Of a DNA stretch of 64,000 nt, positions 37,238 through 47,404 are shown piece after piece; the first letter of the stretch is position 1; each line of letters opens with the position of its first letter. Both the position numbers and the translations under genes were made by a program. This DNA is from an uncultured Iamiaceae bacterium. Lineage in GTDB: Bacteria; Actinomycetota; Acidimicrobiia; Acidimicrobiales; Iamiaceae. The DNA lies in contig CAZUMJ010000005.1 in the NCBI GenBank assembly GCA_964621605.1, positions 7,331 through 71,330 on the forward strand. Direction: 5' to 3'. A model generated the notes under the pieces. The model was not told the DNA's origin, searched no databases, and saw only the letters and a list, made by a program, of their open reading frames with translations.

Positions 37238-38446
37238 CCGTTGCGAGCGCTCGTACCAGAGGCCTGCTCGATGCACGATCCCGACGCCTTCGAGCTCGGC
37301 AAGCGCAGCACCGATCTCGGTCATCGGAAGCCGCGTCCGCTGGACCAAATCCTCGAGCGAGACCGCGAGACAGTCGAAGGTATCGAGGATCGTCACGGCG
37401 TGTGCGCTGAGGTGCGGTGGTGGGTGCGCCTCGTTGCACACCGATACGCCGAGGCGTTCGCTGCTGGTGGGTGCAGGTGGACGTGCAGCGGGTGCGGTGG
37501 GGGTGATGCCGAGCGCGACGAGGATGTCGTCGACGCTCGTCACCGGCGTCGCGCCATCGGCGATGAGACGGTTGGTTCCGCGGGAGGCATGGCTGGTGAT
37601 CGGGCCCGGAACGGCGAGGACCGGCCGATCGCGCCGCAGCGCCTCGTCGACGGTGTGAAGGGAGCCGCCGCGTTCGGGTGACTCGACCACGACGATCAGG
37701 TGGGCGAGCCCGGCGATCAGCCGGTTGCGTGCCGGGAACCGCCACGGTTCACCACGAGTGCCGAGTGGTGCCTCGCTGGCGATAGCGCCCCGTTCGCGCA
37801 GCGCCCTCCAGAGCGACGCATGCTGGCGTGGATACACCACGTCGAGTCCGGTGCCGACGATGGCGATGGGTGGTGCGCCGGCGGTTGCATCGAGCGCGCC
37901 GCGGTGCGCCGCCCCGTCGATGCCCAGGGCCAGGCCTGACACCACCGTCACGCCTGCCGCGGCAAGGGCGTGTCCGATCGAGCGTGCGATGTCGATGCCG
38001 TAGCGAGTGGCTCGTCTGGTGCCGACGATCGCGACGCGTGGACCGGACCGCTCGAAGAGGGTGGCGTCACCGTGGACGGTGAGGAGTGCGGGTGGTTCGG
38101 GGTCGTGTTCGAGAGACGGGGGAAAGCCCGCGGCACCGCGCTCGAGCACCGTCAGGCCGAGGGAGCGATGGCGGTCGAGAAGCACGATCGGATCGATCTG
38201 GGCGGCATCTCGCCGCCAGGTCGTGAGTTGGGTGGGAGTGACCGGCGGGCGCACACACTCGTCGCCGTTCCCGCGGGACCGGCCTGCGGGGTGCGTGCAG
38301 GTGCCAAGGGCCACGAGGGCCCAGGCGTGCTCGGGGGAGTGTTCAGCCAGCATGGCGGCGAGTCGTCGTGGACCCATGCCGGGGAGCGCACTCAGCGCCA
38401 GTAGGGCCGCGATGCGATGGTCGTCGTGGGGGGTTGCGTCTGTCAT
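37175..38446 (-). CDS. dprA: DNA processing protein DprA (Smf)
   Basis: The start is the ATG at 38446-38444, which overlaps the comM stop (ATGA). VAIVGTRRATRYG..VVSGLALGIDGAAHRGAL..IAIVGTGLDVVYP..FPARNRLIAGL..VVVESPERGGSLHT are canonical motifs. The upstream 174 codons of track ORF 37175..38968 are off-frame inside comM. Confidence 0.9.
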   Translation of the reverse strand: MTDATPHDDHRIAALLALSALPGMGPRRLAAMLAEHSPEHAWALVALGTCTHPAGRSRGNGDECVRPPVTPTQLTTWRRDAAQIDPIVLLDRHRSLGLTVLERGAAGFPPSLEHDPEPPALLTVHGDATLFERSGPRVAIVGTRRATRYGIDIARSIGHALAAAGVTVVSGLALGIDGAAHRGALDATAGAPPIAIVGTGLDVVYPRQHASLWRALRERGAIASEAPLGTRGEPWRFPARNRLIAGLAHLIVVVESPERGGSLHTVDEALRRDRPVLAVPGPITSHASRGTNRLIADGATPVTSVDDILVALGITPTAPAARPPAPTSSERLGVSVCNEAHPPPHLSAHAVTILDTFDCLAVSLEDLVQRTRLPMTEIGAALAELEGVGIVHRAGLWYERSQRSAVDQGRPPDEHPASAERRW

Positions 38447-39948
38447 GCGCAGACCTCGTGTTCGACGAGGGGATTGCCGCGGAGCTGCAACGCCACCCCG
38501 ACCTCGGCCGCGCCAAGTGGGCCGTCGACACCCGTCACGTCGGCGACCGTGCGCGCCACTCGCCGAACCGCGGCCATGCCGCGGGCACTGAGGCGCCCTT
38601 GGCGGAGCGCCGTATCGAGGAGGGTGGTCGCCCCCGCGTCGAGTGGGGTGTAGCGCTCGAGATCGCCTCCGGCGAGCTCGGCGTTTGTGCGCACGCCTCG
38701 GGAGCGGGCCTTTGCACGTGCGCTGCTGACGCGGGCTGCAACTTGCGCAGTGGATTCGCCGGGGGTGTGCGTGAGGAGCGCTGCTGGATCGGCTCGCTGC
38801 ACCCCGATGCGGACGTCGAAGCGGTCGAGGAGAGGCCCCGAGAGGCGCCGGTGGTAGCGGCGCAGCTCGGAGAGCGAGCAGCGGCAGGCGCCGGGGCGCC
38901 CTGCCTCGCCGCACGGGCAGGGGTTCATGGCAGCGACGAGCAAGAACCGTGCAGGAAGGACCGCGCACGCGGCTGCACGGGCGACGCGCACGACCCCTTC
39001 TTCGAGCGGTTGGCGAAGCGCGTCGAGGACATGTGGTGAGAACTCGCCGAGCTCGTCGAGGAACAGCACGCCGTGCGCGGCTCGGGAGATCTCGCCGGGG
39101 CGCAATGCCGCAGATCCACCGCCAATGATCGCGACGAGCGTGGCGCTGTGATGGGGTGCACGAAATGGGGGCCGAACCACCAGCCCGGTGAGGGGTCTCT
39201 CATCGGCCGCGGAACCGACGAGCGTGGCCTCTCGTGCGGCCGCTGCGTCGAGATCGGGGAGGAGCCCCGGTAGCCGTCGGGCCAGCATCGTCTTGCCGGC
39301 GCCGGGTGGCCCGACCATGAGGAGGTGGTGCCCGCCGGCGGCGGCGATCTCGAGCGCAAGCCGGGCAAGTGGTTGCCCTCGCACGTCCGCGAGATCGGGG
39401 GCGCGCTCGACCGGTGTCGCAGCGGGGGCGCTCGGTGGTGCGGGCCAGGGCTGTGTGCCTTCGAGCGCCTCGACCACCTCGAGCAAGGATCGAACCGCAC
39501 GCACTGGCGTCTCTCGGAGCAGCACCGCCTGCTCGGCCCCCCGAGATGGCAAGACCACGGGCCCTTCTGGAAGGGCGTCGAGTGCCGGCAGGAGGCCTGG
39601 AACAGGTCGCACCGACCCGTCGAGGCCGAGCTCGCCGAGCGCTGCGGGCAGCGCCTGGTCGGGAACTTGTTCATCGGCCATGAGGAGGGCCATGGCGATG
39701 GGAAGGTCGAGGCCGCTACCCACCTTGCGCACGCCGCTCGGAGCGAGGTTCACGGTGACACGTCGCTGCGGCCAGCGTCGGCCGCTGGACAAGATCGCCG
39801 CGCGCACACGGTCGCGTGCCTCACGGCAGGCAGCGTCGGGGAGGCCGACGATGGTGAAGCCCGGGAGGCCCGACGCCACGTGCACCTCGACGGTCACGGG
39901 CTGCCCGTGAACGCCGAGCACTGTTGCTGATTCGATGTTGGCGAGCAC
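38443..39948 (-). CDS. comM: YifB/ComM Mg-chelatase-like AAA+ ATPase
   Basis: MLANIESATVLGVHGQPVTVEVHVASGLPGFTIVGLPDAACREARDRVRAA is the N-terminal Lon-like domain. Walker A is MVGPPGAGKTMLA, followed by GVLFLDELGEF. GTG start with GGAGGG upstream. Confidence 0.93.
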   Translation of the reverse strand: MLANIESATVLGVHGQPVTVEVHVASGLPGFTIVGLPDAACREARDRVRAAILSSGRRWPQRRVTVNLAPSGVRKVGSGLDLPIAMALLMADEQVPDQALPAALGELGLDGSVRPVPGLLPALDALPEGPVVLPSRGAEQAVLLRETPVRAVRSLLEVVEALEGTQPWPAPPSAPAATPVERAPDLADVRGQPLARLALEIAAAGGHHLLMVGPPGAGKTMLARRLPGLLPDLDAAAAREATLVGSAADERPLTGLVVRPPFRAPHHSATLVAIIGGGSAALRPGEISRAAHGVLFLDELGEFSPHVLDALRQPLEEGVVRVARAAACAVLPARFLLVAAMNPCPCGEAGRPGACRCSLSELRRYHRRLSGPLLDRFDVRIGVQRADPAALLTHTPGESTAQVAARVSSARAKARSRGVRTNAELAGGDLERYTPLDAGATTLLDTALRQGRLSARGMAAVRRVARTVADVTGVDGPLGAAEVGVALQLRGNPLVEHEVCA

Positions 39949-40131
39949 TGCCGCCCTCCATCCCGCGGGTGCGGGGGTCGGTGGTGGGGGCGGCGATGCC
40001 GCGAGTCGTGCGTGGGTGGGGAGACCTCGGCGCTCGATCTGGTGCCCAGCGTAGAACTGCCGTGTGACAGTCGGGTCGGGTGGCCGTGACGGTCAGCCCG
40101 GTTGGAGCCAGGTGGGAGTCGGTCGTCGTGG

Positions 40132-40944
40132 TCAGGCCCTGCCATTGCAGGTCGGGCACCAGAACAGGTTGCGACCCGCGAGCTCGACACGTCGTATGGC
40201 CGTGCCGCACACGTGGCAGGGGAGGCCGTCGCGTCGATAGACGTAGACCTCTCCGCCGTGGTCGTCGACGCGTGGCGGTCGTCCCATCGCTTCTGGCGTG
40301 TGCGCGGGTCGCACCGTGTCGATGCGGCCATGGGCCAGCCCGTAGCCCATCAGGTCGACGAAGTCGGCCCACATCGCCTGCCACGCGGTCGGTTCCAGCG
40401 AGCGACCTTCCATGAAGGGGTCAACTCCGGCACGGAAGAGCACCTCGGCCCGGAAGATGTTGCCGCTTCCGGCGACGACGCGCTGATCCATGAGGAGCGT
40501 CGCGATGGGTGCGCTGCTGCGATGGATCCGGGCCCATGCACGAGCACCCGTCGCGTGCGGGTCGAGGGGATCGTCACCCAGGCGCGCCTCGATGGCGTCC
40601 TTCTCGCCTGGGTCGAGAAGGTCGCAGGCGGAGGCTCCACGAAGGTCGGTCCAGCCCAGGCGGTTCGTGAGTCGTAGCCGGACCTGTCCTACAGGTGCAG
40701 GCGCGGCGCCGTCTCCGAACGTGAAGCGTCCGTACAGGCCAAGGTGGATGTGGAGCCAGTGCGCGCCGCTGAACTGGATGAAGAGGTGTTTGCCGACGGC
40801 GTCAGCGCCGCGCACCTTCCGTCCGTCGAGCAGTGCGGCGCCTTGGGTGAATCGACCTTGTGGGCTGGACGCGTGCACGACTCGACCCGTGAAGCGATGG
40901 TCGATCTCGGCGGCAAGGTGGTGGATGACGTGGCCTTCGGGCAT
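40132..40944 (-). CDS. nei: Endonuclease VIII-like DNA glycosylase (Nei family)
   Basis: The internal ATG (residue 7 of the track ORF) gives MPEGHVIHHLAAEI..SSPQGRF..GKHLFIQF..HLGLYGRF. The C-terminal zinc finger is CHVCGTAIRRVELAGRNLFWCPTC. Confidence 0.88.
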   Translation of the reverse strand: MPEGHVIHHLAAEIDHRFTGRVVHASSPQGRFTQGAALLDGRKVRGADAVGKHLFIQFSGAHWLHIHLGLYGRFTFGDGAAPAPVGQVRLRLTNRLGWTDLRGASACDLLDPGEKDAIEARLGDDPLDPHATGARAWARIHRSSAPIATLLMDQRVVAGSGNIFRAEVLFRAGVDPFMEGRSLEPTAWQAMWADFVDLMGYGLAHGRIDTVRPAHTPEAMGRPPRVDDHGGEVYVYRRDGLPCHVCGTAIRRVELAGRNLFWCPTCNGRA

Positions 40945-41139
40945 CGCCATCGAGTCAACCATCAGCCAGGACGGTCGCGACGCGCGTAGGGGGCTGGTCG
41001 CTGCGGGTCGGCCATACTCGACAGGTGGGTCTCAATCCCTTCCGTCCGCACGAGAGCAATGCCGCCGACTACGCCATGGTCGGGGTCGCGCTCGTGGTGT
41101 GCGCGTTGCTCGTCGCCTGGGCGTGTTTCGGGTAGCTCG

Positions 41140-41370
41140 ATGGCCCAGCGTGCATCCCGGATGCCTCCACCTGACGATGACGTCGAGGTGCGTCGCATCC
41201 AGCCCTATCAGGCCCGCAAGGACTACGTGTGTCCCGGGTGCAACCAGGTGATCCGACCGGGTGAGGGACACCTCGTCGTCGTGCCGGTGGGCGCGGCAGA
41301 CCTGCGTCGTCATTGGCACCACGGATGTTGGGCCAACCGGGCTCGGCGTCGTCCCGGAAGGCTTCGCTGA
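41140..41370 (+). CDS. Small conserved-looking Cys/His protein (putative zinc-ribbon)
   Basis: Internal ATG of track ORF 41059..41370. The sequence is MAQRASRMPPPDDDVEVRRIQPYQARKDYVCPGCNQVIRPGEGHLVVVP..DLRRHWHHGCW. The family name is not recalled with certainty. Confidence 0.55.
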   Translation: MAQRASRMPPPDDDVEVRRIQPYQARKDYVCPGCNQVIRPGEGHLVVVPVGAADLRRHWHHGCWANRARRRPGRLR

Positions 41371-41465
41371 ACGACCTCAGGCGTACGCGGGCCCACGGGC
41401 GCCTCGGCTGTCCTTCGGACCCTGCCGCCGCACCCACCTGCCGTTCAAGCCTCGGCGGAGATGCA

Positions 41466-42455
41466 GTGAGCGGTAGCGTCGACCAGGTGGACAGTGGTGG
41501 AGGCTGGCGTGTCGAGGCATTCCTTGCTTCGTTGACGTCGCTGGCCGATTCGTCACGCGCGGCCTACGGATCAGACCTTGCGGGCTTCGTCGAGTGGGCT
41601 GAGCGCCTCGACCTCACCGGGCCGCACGGTGTCGATCGACGCACCTTGCGCCGCTATCTGGCCTATCTCACGACGCGCCGTTACCAGCCTCGCTCCATCG
41701 CTCGGAAGGCTGCCGCGCTGCGCCGTTACTTCGCGTGGCTGACGCGCACCGGCGTGGTCGCGAGCGACCCGTCACTCGGCTTGTCTGCGCCGAAGGGCGA
41801 GGCACGTCTGCCCCACGTCCTTTCTCGCGCCGATCTCCATTCCTTGTTGGACGAGCCGCCGCAGTCGCGCACGGCTGAGGCGCCGCCATCGACGGGCGCC
41901 AAGCCAGAGGCAGCCGACCGTTCCTCAGAGGCCGCGCGTCGCCGACGGGCGCTCGACTTGCGCGACCAGGCGGTCTGCGAGGTGCTCTATGGCAGCGGTG
42001 TCCGCGTGGGGGAGTTGTGCGCCCTGACGGCAGCCGATGCCTCAGCCGCCCGTGATCGCCTGACGGTGTGGGGAAAGGGGTCGAAGCAGCGGGTGGTTCC
42101 CCTGAGCGACCCGGCCCGGCAGGCTCTCGATGCATGGCTGCAGGAGGGGCGTGCCGAGTTGCTGCGCGTGGCTTCGGCAGGTGGCGACGCGGTGGATGCG
42201 CTCTTCGTGAACCTACGGGGTCGACCGCTGACGCCGCGTGATGTGCGCAGGGTGCTCGATCGCCGTTCGGCGCACCCGACGCACCCACATGCGTTGCGTC
42301 ACACCTTTGCCACGCATCTGCTCGACGGGGGCGCAGATTTGCGTGCGGTGCAGGAACTTCTCGGTCACGAGGACGTTGCGACCACACAGTTGTACACTCA
42401 TGTGAGCAAGGGGCGTCTCCGGCAGGTCTACGACTCCACTCACCCCCGGGCGTAG
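41466..42455 (+). CDS. xerC: Tyrosine recombinase XerC (chromosome dimer resolution)
   Basis: The first in-frame start after the preceding gene is the GTG at 41466. WRVEAFLASL..YGSDLAGFVEW is the N-terminal SAM-like domain. The catalytic region is ..HALRHTFATHLLDGGADLRAVQELLGHEDVATTQLYTHV. Confidence 0.9.
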   Translation: MSGSVDQVDSGGGWRVEAFLASLTSLADSSRAAYGSDLAGFVEWAERLDLTGPHGVDRRTLRRYLAYLTTRRYQPRSIARKAAALRRYFAWLTRTGVVASDPSLGLSAPKGEARLPHVLSRADLHSLLDEPPQSRTAEAPPSTGAKPEAADRSSEAARRRRALDLRDQAVCEVLYGSGVRVGELCALTAADASAARDRLTVWGKGSKQRVVPLSDPARQALDAWLQEGRAELLRVASAGGDAVDALFVNLRGRPLTPRDVRRVLDRRSAHPTHPHALRHTFATHLLDGGADLRAVQELLGHEDVATTQLYTHVSKGRLRQVYDSTHPRA

Positions 42456-43283
42456 GTGATCCACGTGAGCGACGCACAGCGCGAAGAGATTGATCACCTC
42501 TGGCTCGAGTACAAGGGCGAGCCCACCCGAGAGCTGCGCGACCAGCTCATCCTGCACTACTCGCCTCTGGTGAAGTACGTGGCGGGTCGCATGGCGGTGG
42601 GGTTGCCGCAGAACGTCGAGCAGGCCGACCTGGTCAGCTACGGCATCTTCGGCCTGATCGACGCGATCGAGAAGTTCGAGCCCGCACGTGGTTTCAGGTT
42701 CGAGACCTACGCGATCTCACGCATCAAGGGGGCGATCCTCGACGAGCTCCGCTCGATCGACTGGGTGCCTCGCTCTGTTCGCACCAAGGCTCGAGCCATC
42801 GAGAACGCCTACGCCAAGCTCGAGGCGACCCATCACCGCAGCCCGTCCGATGTCGAGCTTGCAGCCGAGCTCGACATCACCGTCGACCGCCTTCAGTCCA
42901 CCCTCGGGCAGATCTCCTTCGTGGGCGTCGCCGCCCTCGACGAGATCCTCACGGTGGGCGGCGACCGCGGCGAGTCGATGACGCTGGGTGACACGATCGC
43001 CGACAGCGAGTCGGGCCCTGTCGTTGCATTCGAAGCCGCAGAGATGCGAGAGATGTTGGGCGACGCGCTGCGCCGCCTTCCGGAGCGCGAGCGCAAGGTG
43101 CTCGGCTTGTACTACTTCGAGGGTCTGACCCTCGCCCAGATCGGACGCATTCTCGGCGTGACCGAGAGCCGCGTCTGCCAGATCCACACGCGTGCGGTCT
43201 TGCAGTTGCGTGCCCGGATGAGCGCAGCCGATCGTGACGTGCCGCTTCCTGCGGGTGCGTCAGGCCGCGCCTCTGCTCGCTGA
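42456..43283 (+). CDS. whiG: FliA/WhiG-family RNA polymerase sigma factor
   Basis: Region 2 is LILHYSPLVKYVAGRM..DLVSYGIFGLIDAIEKFEP..FETYAISRIKGAILDELR. Region 4 is LPERERKVLGLYYFEGLTLAQIGRILGVTESRVCQIH. Its position near rpsB matches the Streptomyces whiG locus. Confidence 0.88.
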   Translation: MIHVSDAQREEIDHLWLEYKGEPTRELRDQLILHYSPLVKYVAGRMAVGLPQNVEQADLVSYGIFGLIDAIEKFEPARGFRFETYAISRIKGAILDELRSIDWVPRSVRTKARAIENAYAKLEATHHRSPSDVELAAELDITVDRLQSTLGQISFVGVAALDEILTVGGDRGESMTLGDTIADSESGPVVAFEAAEMREMLGDALRRLPERERKVLGLYYFEGLTLAQIGRILGVTESRVCQIHTRAVLQLRARMSAADRDVPLPAGASGRASAR

Positions 43284-43333
43284 CGTCGCCCAGGAGGGTT
43301 GGCGGCGCTGGCGAGTGGGTACGCATCCTCGGC

Positions 43334-43378
43334 CCGGTGGCGTCGGTTCCGATCCCCTCCCGGGGCCGGCGCCACCGG
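43334..43378 (+). other. Long GC-rich hairpin downstream of whiG
   Basis: The left arm (43334-43351) pairs with the right arm (43361-43378) over 18 consecutive base pairs, 3 of them G-U. The loop is 9 nt (atcccctcc). It lies 50 nt after the whiG stop and no U-tract follows. Confidence 0.5.
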
Positions 43379-43469
43379 TGCTGATCGCTCGGACGTGCCC
43401 GTGGCTTGGGCGCCCCGCTGCTGGAAGCTCTTCCCTCGCTCGGCCCGGTGATGAGAGCGAGGTGGTCGT

Positions 43470-44099
43470 GTGCGACGTGTTGCTCGATGTCGATGGCGGT
43501 TTAGTCGGTCGAAGGCTGAGGCCTTGGCGAAGGCAGCCGTGCTGTTCGCCGTGATCACGTGTGCCGGCACGCGGAGCGACGCGGCGCTCGCGGCACGGCT
43601 TGCGTCGCTGCCCTCAACGGCGCGCGAAGACGCCGCGCAGACGGGCGCGGTTGCGGCAGGTCCGGCACCGACTTCGGCAGACGAGGCGACCGCGTGTCGG
43701 CATCGGCCGGTCGAGGGGCCGATCGTCGATGGGTTTCGGCCACCGACCGAGGCCTGGAAGGCCGGCAACAGAGGTGTTGATTACGGCGCGGTCGCGGGTG
43801 CTCCCGTTCGGGCGGCGGCAGCGGGATGGGTGGCGTTTGCGGGGCAGGTTGGCGGTGAGCTGGTCGTCGCCGTCGACCACCCAGACGGCTTACGCAGTAC
43901 CTACTCGCCGCTGGAGTCCATCGCGGTCCGCCGCGGTGAAGTGGTGCAGCGCGGCACGCTGCTCGCAACGGCGCGCGGTGCGCTCCACCTCGGGGTGTTC
44001 GACCCGCGGATCGGGCCGCCACGGGCATACGTCGACCCGATCCACTGGTTGGCTCGCCCTTGTCTGGCGGTGTTGGTGCCACTCGATGGTGGCCGTTGA
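43470..44099 (+). CDS. M23-family peptidase-domain protein, probable lipoprotein
   Basis: [53 protein letters not shown] is a LytM/M23 fold pattern. [12 protein letters not shown] is lipobox-like. The start is uncertain. Confidence 0.8.
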   Translation: MRRVARCRWRFSRSKAEALAKAAVLFAVITCAGTRSDAALAARLASLPSTAREDAAQTGAVAAGPAPTSADEATACRHRPVEGPIVDGFRPPTEAWKAGNRGVDYGAVAGAPVRAAAAGWVAFAGQVGGELVVAVDHPDGLRSTYSPLESIAVRRGEVVQRGTLLATARGALHLGVFDPRIGPPRAYVDPIHWLARPCLAVLVPLDGGR

Positions 44100-44148
44100 C
44101 GGAGCCGTCGCCTTCGGCTGAGGCAGGTCGGTCCGCTACAGTTGCCAC

Positions 44149-44170
44149 CGGCCCACCGCCCGGTGGGCCG
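44149..44170 (+). terminator. Perfect GC palindrome between the M23 gene and rpsB
   Basis: CGGCCCACCG-cc-CGGTGGGCCG has 9-10 bp arms. It lies 50 nt after the M23 stop and 88 nt before the rpsB start. It could be a terminator or a leader element. Confidence 0.35.
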
Positions 44171-44257
44171 ACGCATTGTCCACCCTTCGGGCAGGGGCAT
44201 CCACGGTCGCCGTCGCTGACGGTGCGCGCCCTGTTCGTGCGAACCGATGGAGGTGTC

Positions 44258-45172
44258 ATGACCGCGGTCGTGACGATGAAGCAGATGCTGGACGCGGGCG
44301 TGCACTTCGGGCACCAGACCCGCCGTTGGAACCCGAAGATGAAGCGCTTCATCCATGGTGAGCGCAACGGGATCTACATCATCGACCTGGAGCAGACGCT
44401 CAAGCGGGTCGAGACGGCCTACACCTACGTACGCGACCTGGTCGCCGAAGACGGCACCATCCTCTTCGTGGGTACCAAGAAGCAGGCGCAGGACCCGATC
44501 GAGTCGTTCGCCAACAAGTGCGGCATGCCGTTCGTGAACCAGCGCTGGCTGGGCGGCATGCTCACCAACTTCGACACGATGGCGAAGCGCATCGCGAAGA
44601 TGCAGGAGTACCGCCGCATGCGTGACTCCGGCGAGTTCGCCGCGATGCCCAAGAAGGAAGCGCTGCTCATCGGGCGAGAGCTCGAGAAGCTCGAGCGCAA
44701 CCTGGGCGGTATCGCCCAGATGGAGAAGGCTCCCGACGCGGTGTTCATCCTTGACACCAAGAAGGAGCACATCGCGGTGACCGAGGCCAACAAGCTCGGT
44801 CTCCCGATCGTTGCGGTCGTCGACACCAACTGCGACCCCGACGTCATCCAGTACGTCATCCCGGGCAACGACGACGCGATGCGTTCCGGCTCGCTCATGT
44901 GCCGCGTGATCGCCGACGCCGTCGACGAGGGTCGCCTCATCGCCGGCAAGCGTCGTCCGGCACCGGCCGCCCCGCGCCGCACGTCCGAAGAAGAGGCTCG
45001 CATCGCCGAGCAGCAGGCCCAGGCTCGCCGTGAGGCGGCGGCGCAAGCCGCAGAGCGTGAGGCCCGCCTGGCTGCCGCGAAGGCCGCGCCTGCCGCCGAC
45101 GCTGACGCCCCCGTAGCTGACGCCCCCGTGGCTGAGGCACCTGCCACCGACACCACCGCCACCGAGGAGTGA
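44258..45172 (+). CDS. rpsB: 30S ribosomal protein S2
   Basis: Internal ATG with GGAGG upstream. [44 protein letters not shown] is canonical. The protein has an Ala/Glu-rich C-terminal extension. Confidence 0.96.
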   Translation: MTAVVTMKQMLDAGVHFGHQTRRWNPKMKRFIHGERNGIYIIDLEQTLKRVETAYTYVRDLVAEDGTILFVGTKKQAQDPIESFANKCGMPFVNQRWLGGMLTNFDTMAKRIAKMQEYRRMRDSGEFAAMPKKEALLIGRELEKLERNLGGIAQMEKAPDAVFILDTKKEHIAVTEANKLGLPIVAVVDTNCDPDVIQYVIPGNDDAMRSGSLMCRVIADAVDEGRLIAGKRRPAPAAPRRTSEEEARIAEQQAQARREAAAQAAEREARLAAAKAAPAADADAPVADAPVAEAPATDTTATEE

Positions 45173-45180
45173 CACGACCC

Positions 45181-46750
<1,570 letters not shown>

Positions 46751-46795
46751 GCGGACCACGCCGTCCCGATCCCCTTCTCTGGAGAGCCCCACGTC

Positions 46796-47365
46796 ATGAG
46801 CGCCGAGATGATCTCGCTGATCCTCGACGACACCACCACCAAGATGGCGAAGGCGGTGGCACACGCCCGTGAGGAGTTCGCCGGCATCCGCACCGGTCGC
46901 GCCGCGCCGGGGCTTGTCGAGAAGATTCCTGTCGAGTACTACGGCGCCGAGACGCCGTTGCAGCAGATCGCCGGCTTCTCGGTTCCCGAGGCCCGCCTGC
47001 TCGTGATCTCGCCTTACGACAAGGGTTCGATGGGCGCCATCGAGAAGGCGTTGCGCAACTCAGACCTGGGTCTCAACCCCAGCAACGATGGGCACGTCAT
47101 CCGCCTCACCTTCCCTCCGTTGACGGCCGAGCGCCGTAAGGACCTCGTGAAGGTGGTCAAGAACATGGCAGAAGAGGGTCGTGTCGCGGTGCGTAACCTT
47201 CGGCGAGCGGCACGCCACGAGCTCGACGGCCTTGCGAGCGACGGTGACGTCTCCGAGGACGACATCGCCCGTGCCGAGAAGGACCTCGACAAGATCACCC
47301 ACGCCCAGGAATCGCAGATCGATCAGGCGCTCGAGGCGAAGGAGCGCGAGCTGCTCGAAGATTGA
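46796..47365 (+). CDS. frr: Ribosome recycling factor
   Basis: KMAKAVAHAREEFAGIRTGRAAPGLVEKIPVEYYG..IRLTFPPLTAERRKDLVK is canonical. Confidence 0.96.
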   Translation: MSAEMISLILDDTTTKMAKAVAHAREEFAGIRTGRAAPGLVEKIPVEYYGAETPLQQIAGFSVPEARLLVISPYDKGSMGAIEKALRNSDLGLNPSNDGHVIRLTFPPLTAERRKDLVKVVKNMAEEGRVAVRNLRRAARHELDGLASDGDVSEDDIARAEKDLDKITHAQESQIDQALEAKERELLED

Positions 47366-47404
47366 GCAGCGCCGCACCCTTTCCGCGCCACCAGGAGGCC
47401 ACCC

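Noticed and set aside
41466-42455. Tyrosine recombinase as a marker of an integrated mobile element
   Set aside because: Its sequence and its position next to dprA/whiG/rpsB fit chromosomal XerC. No att-like repeats, excisionase, phage genes or transposon genes are nearby.
43284-43469. c-di-AMP (ydaO-type) riboswitch upstream of the M23 peptidase, as seen before some actinobacterial cell-wall hydrolase genes
   Set aside because: I could not recognise the conserved pseudo-symmetric core sequences. Only a single long hairpin is evident. A covariance-model scan would be decisive.
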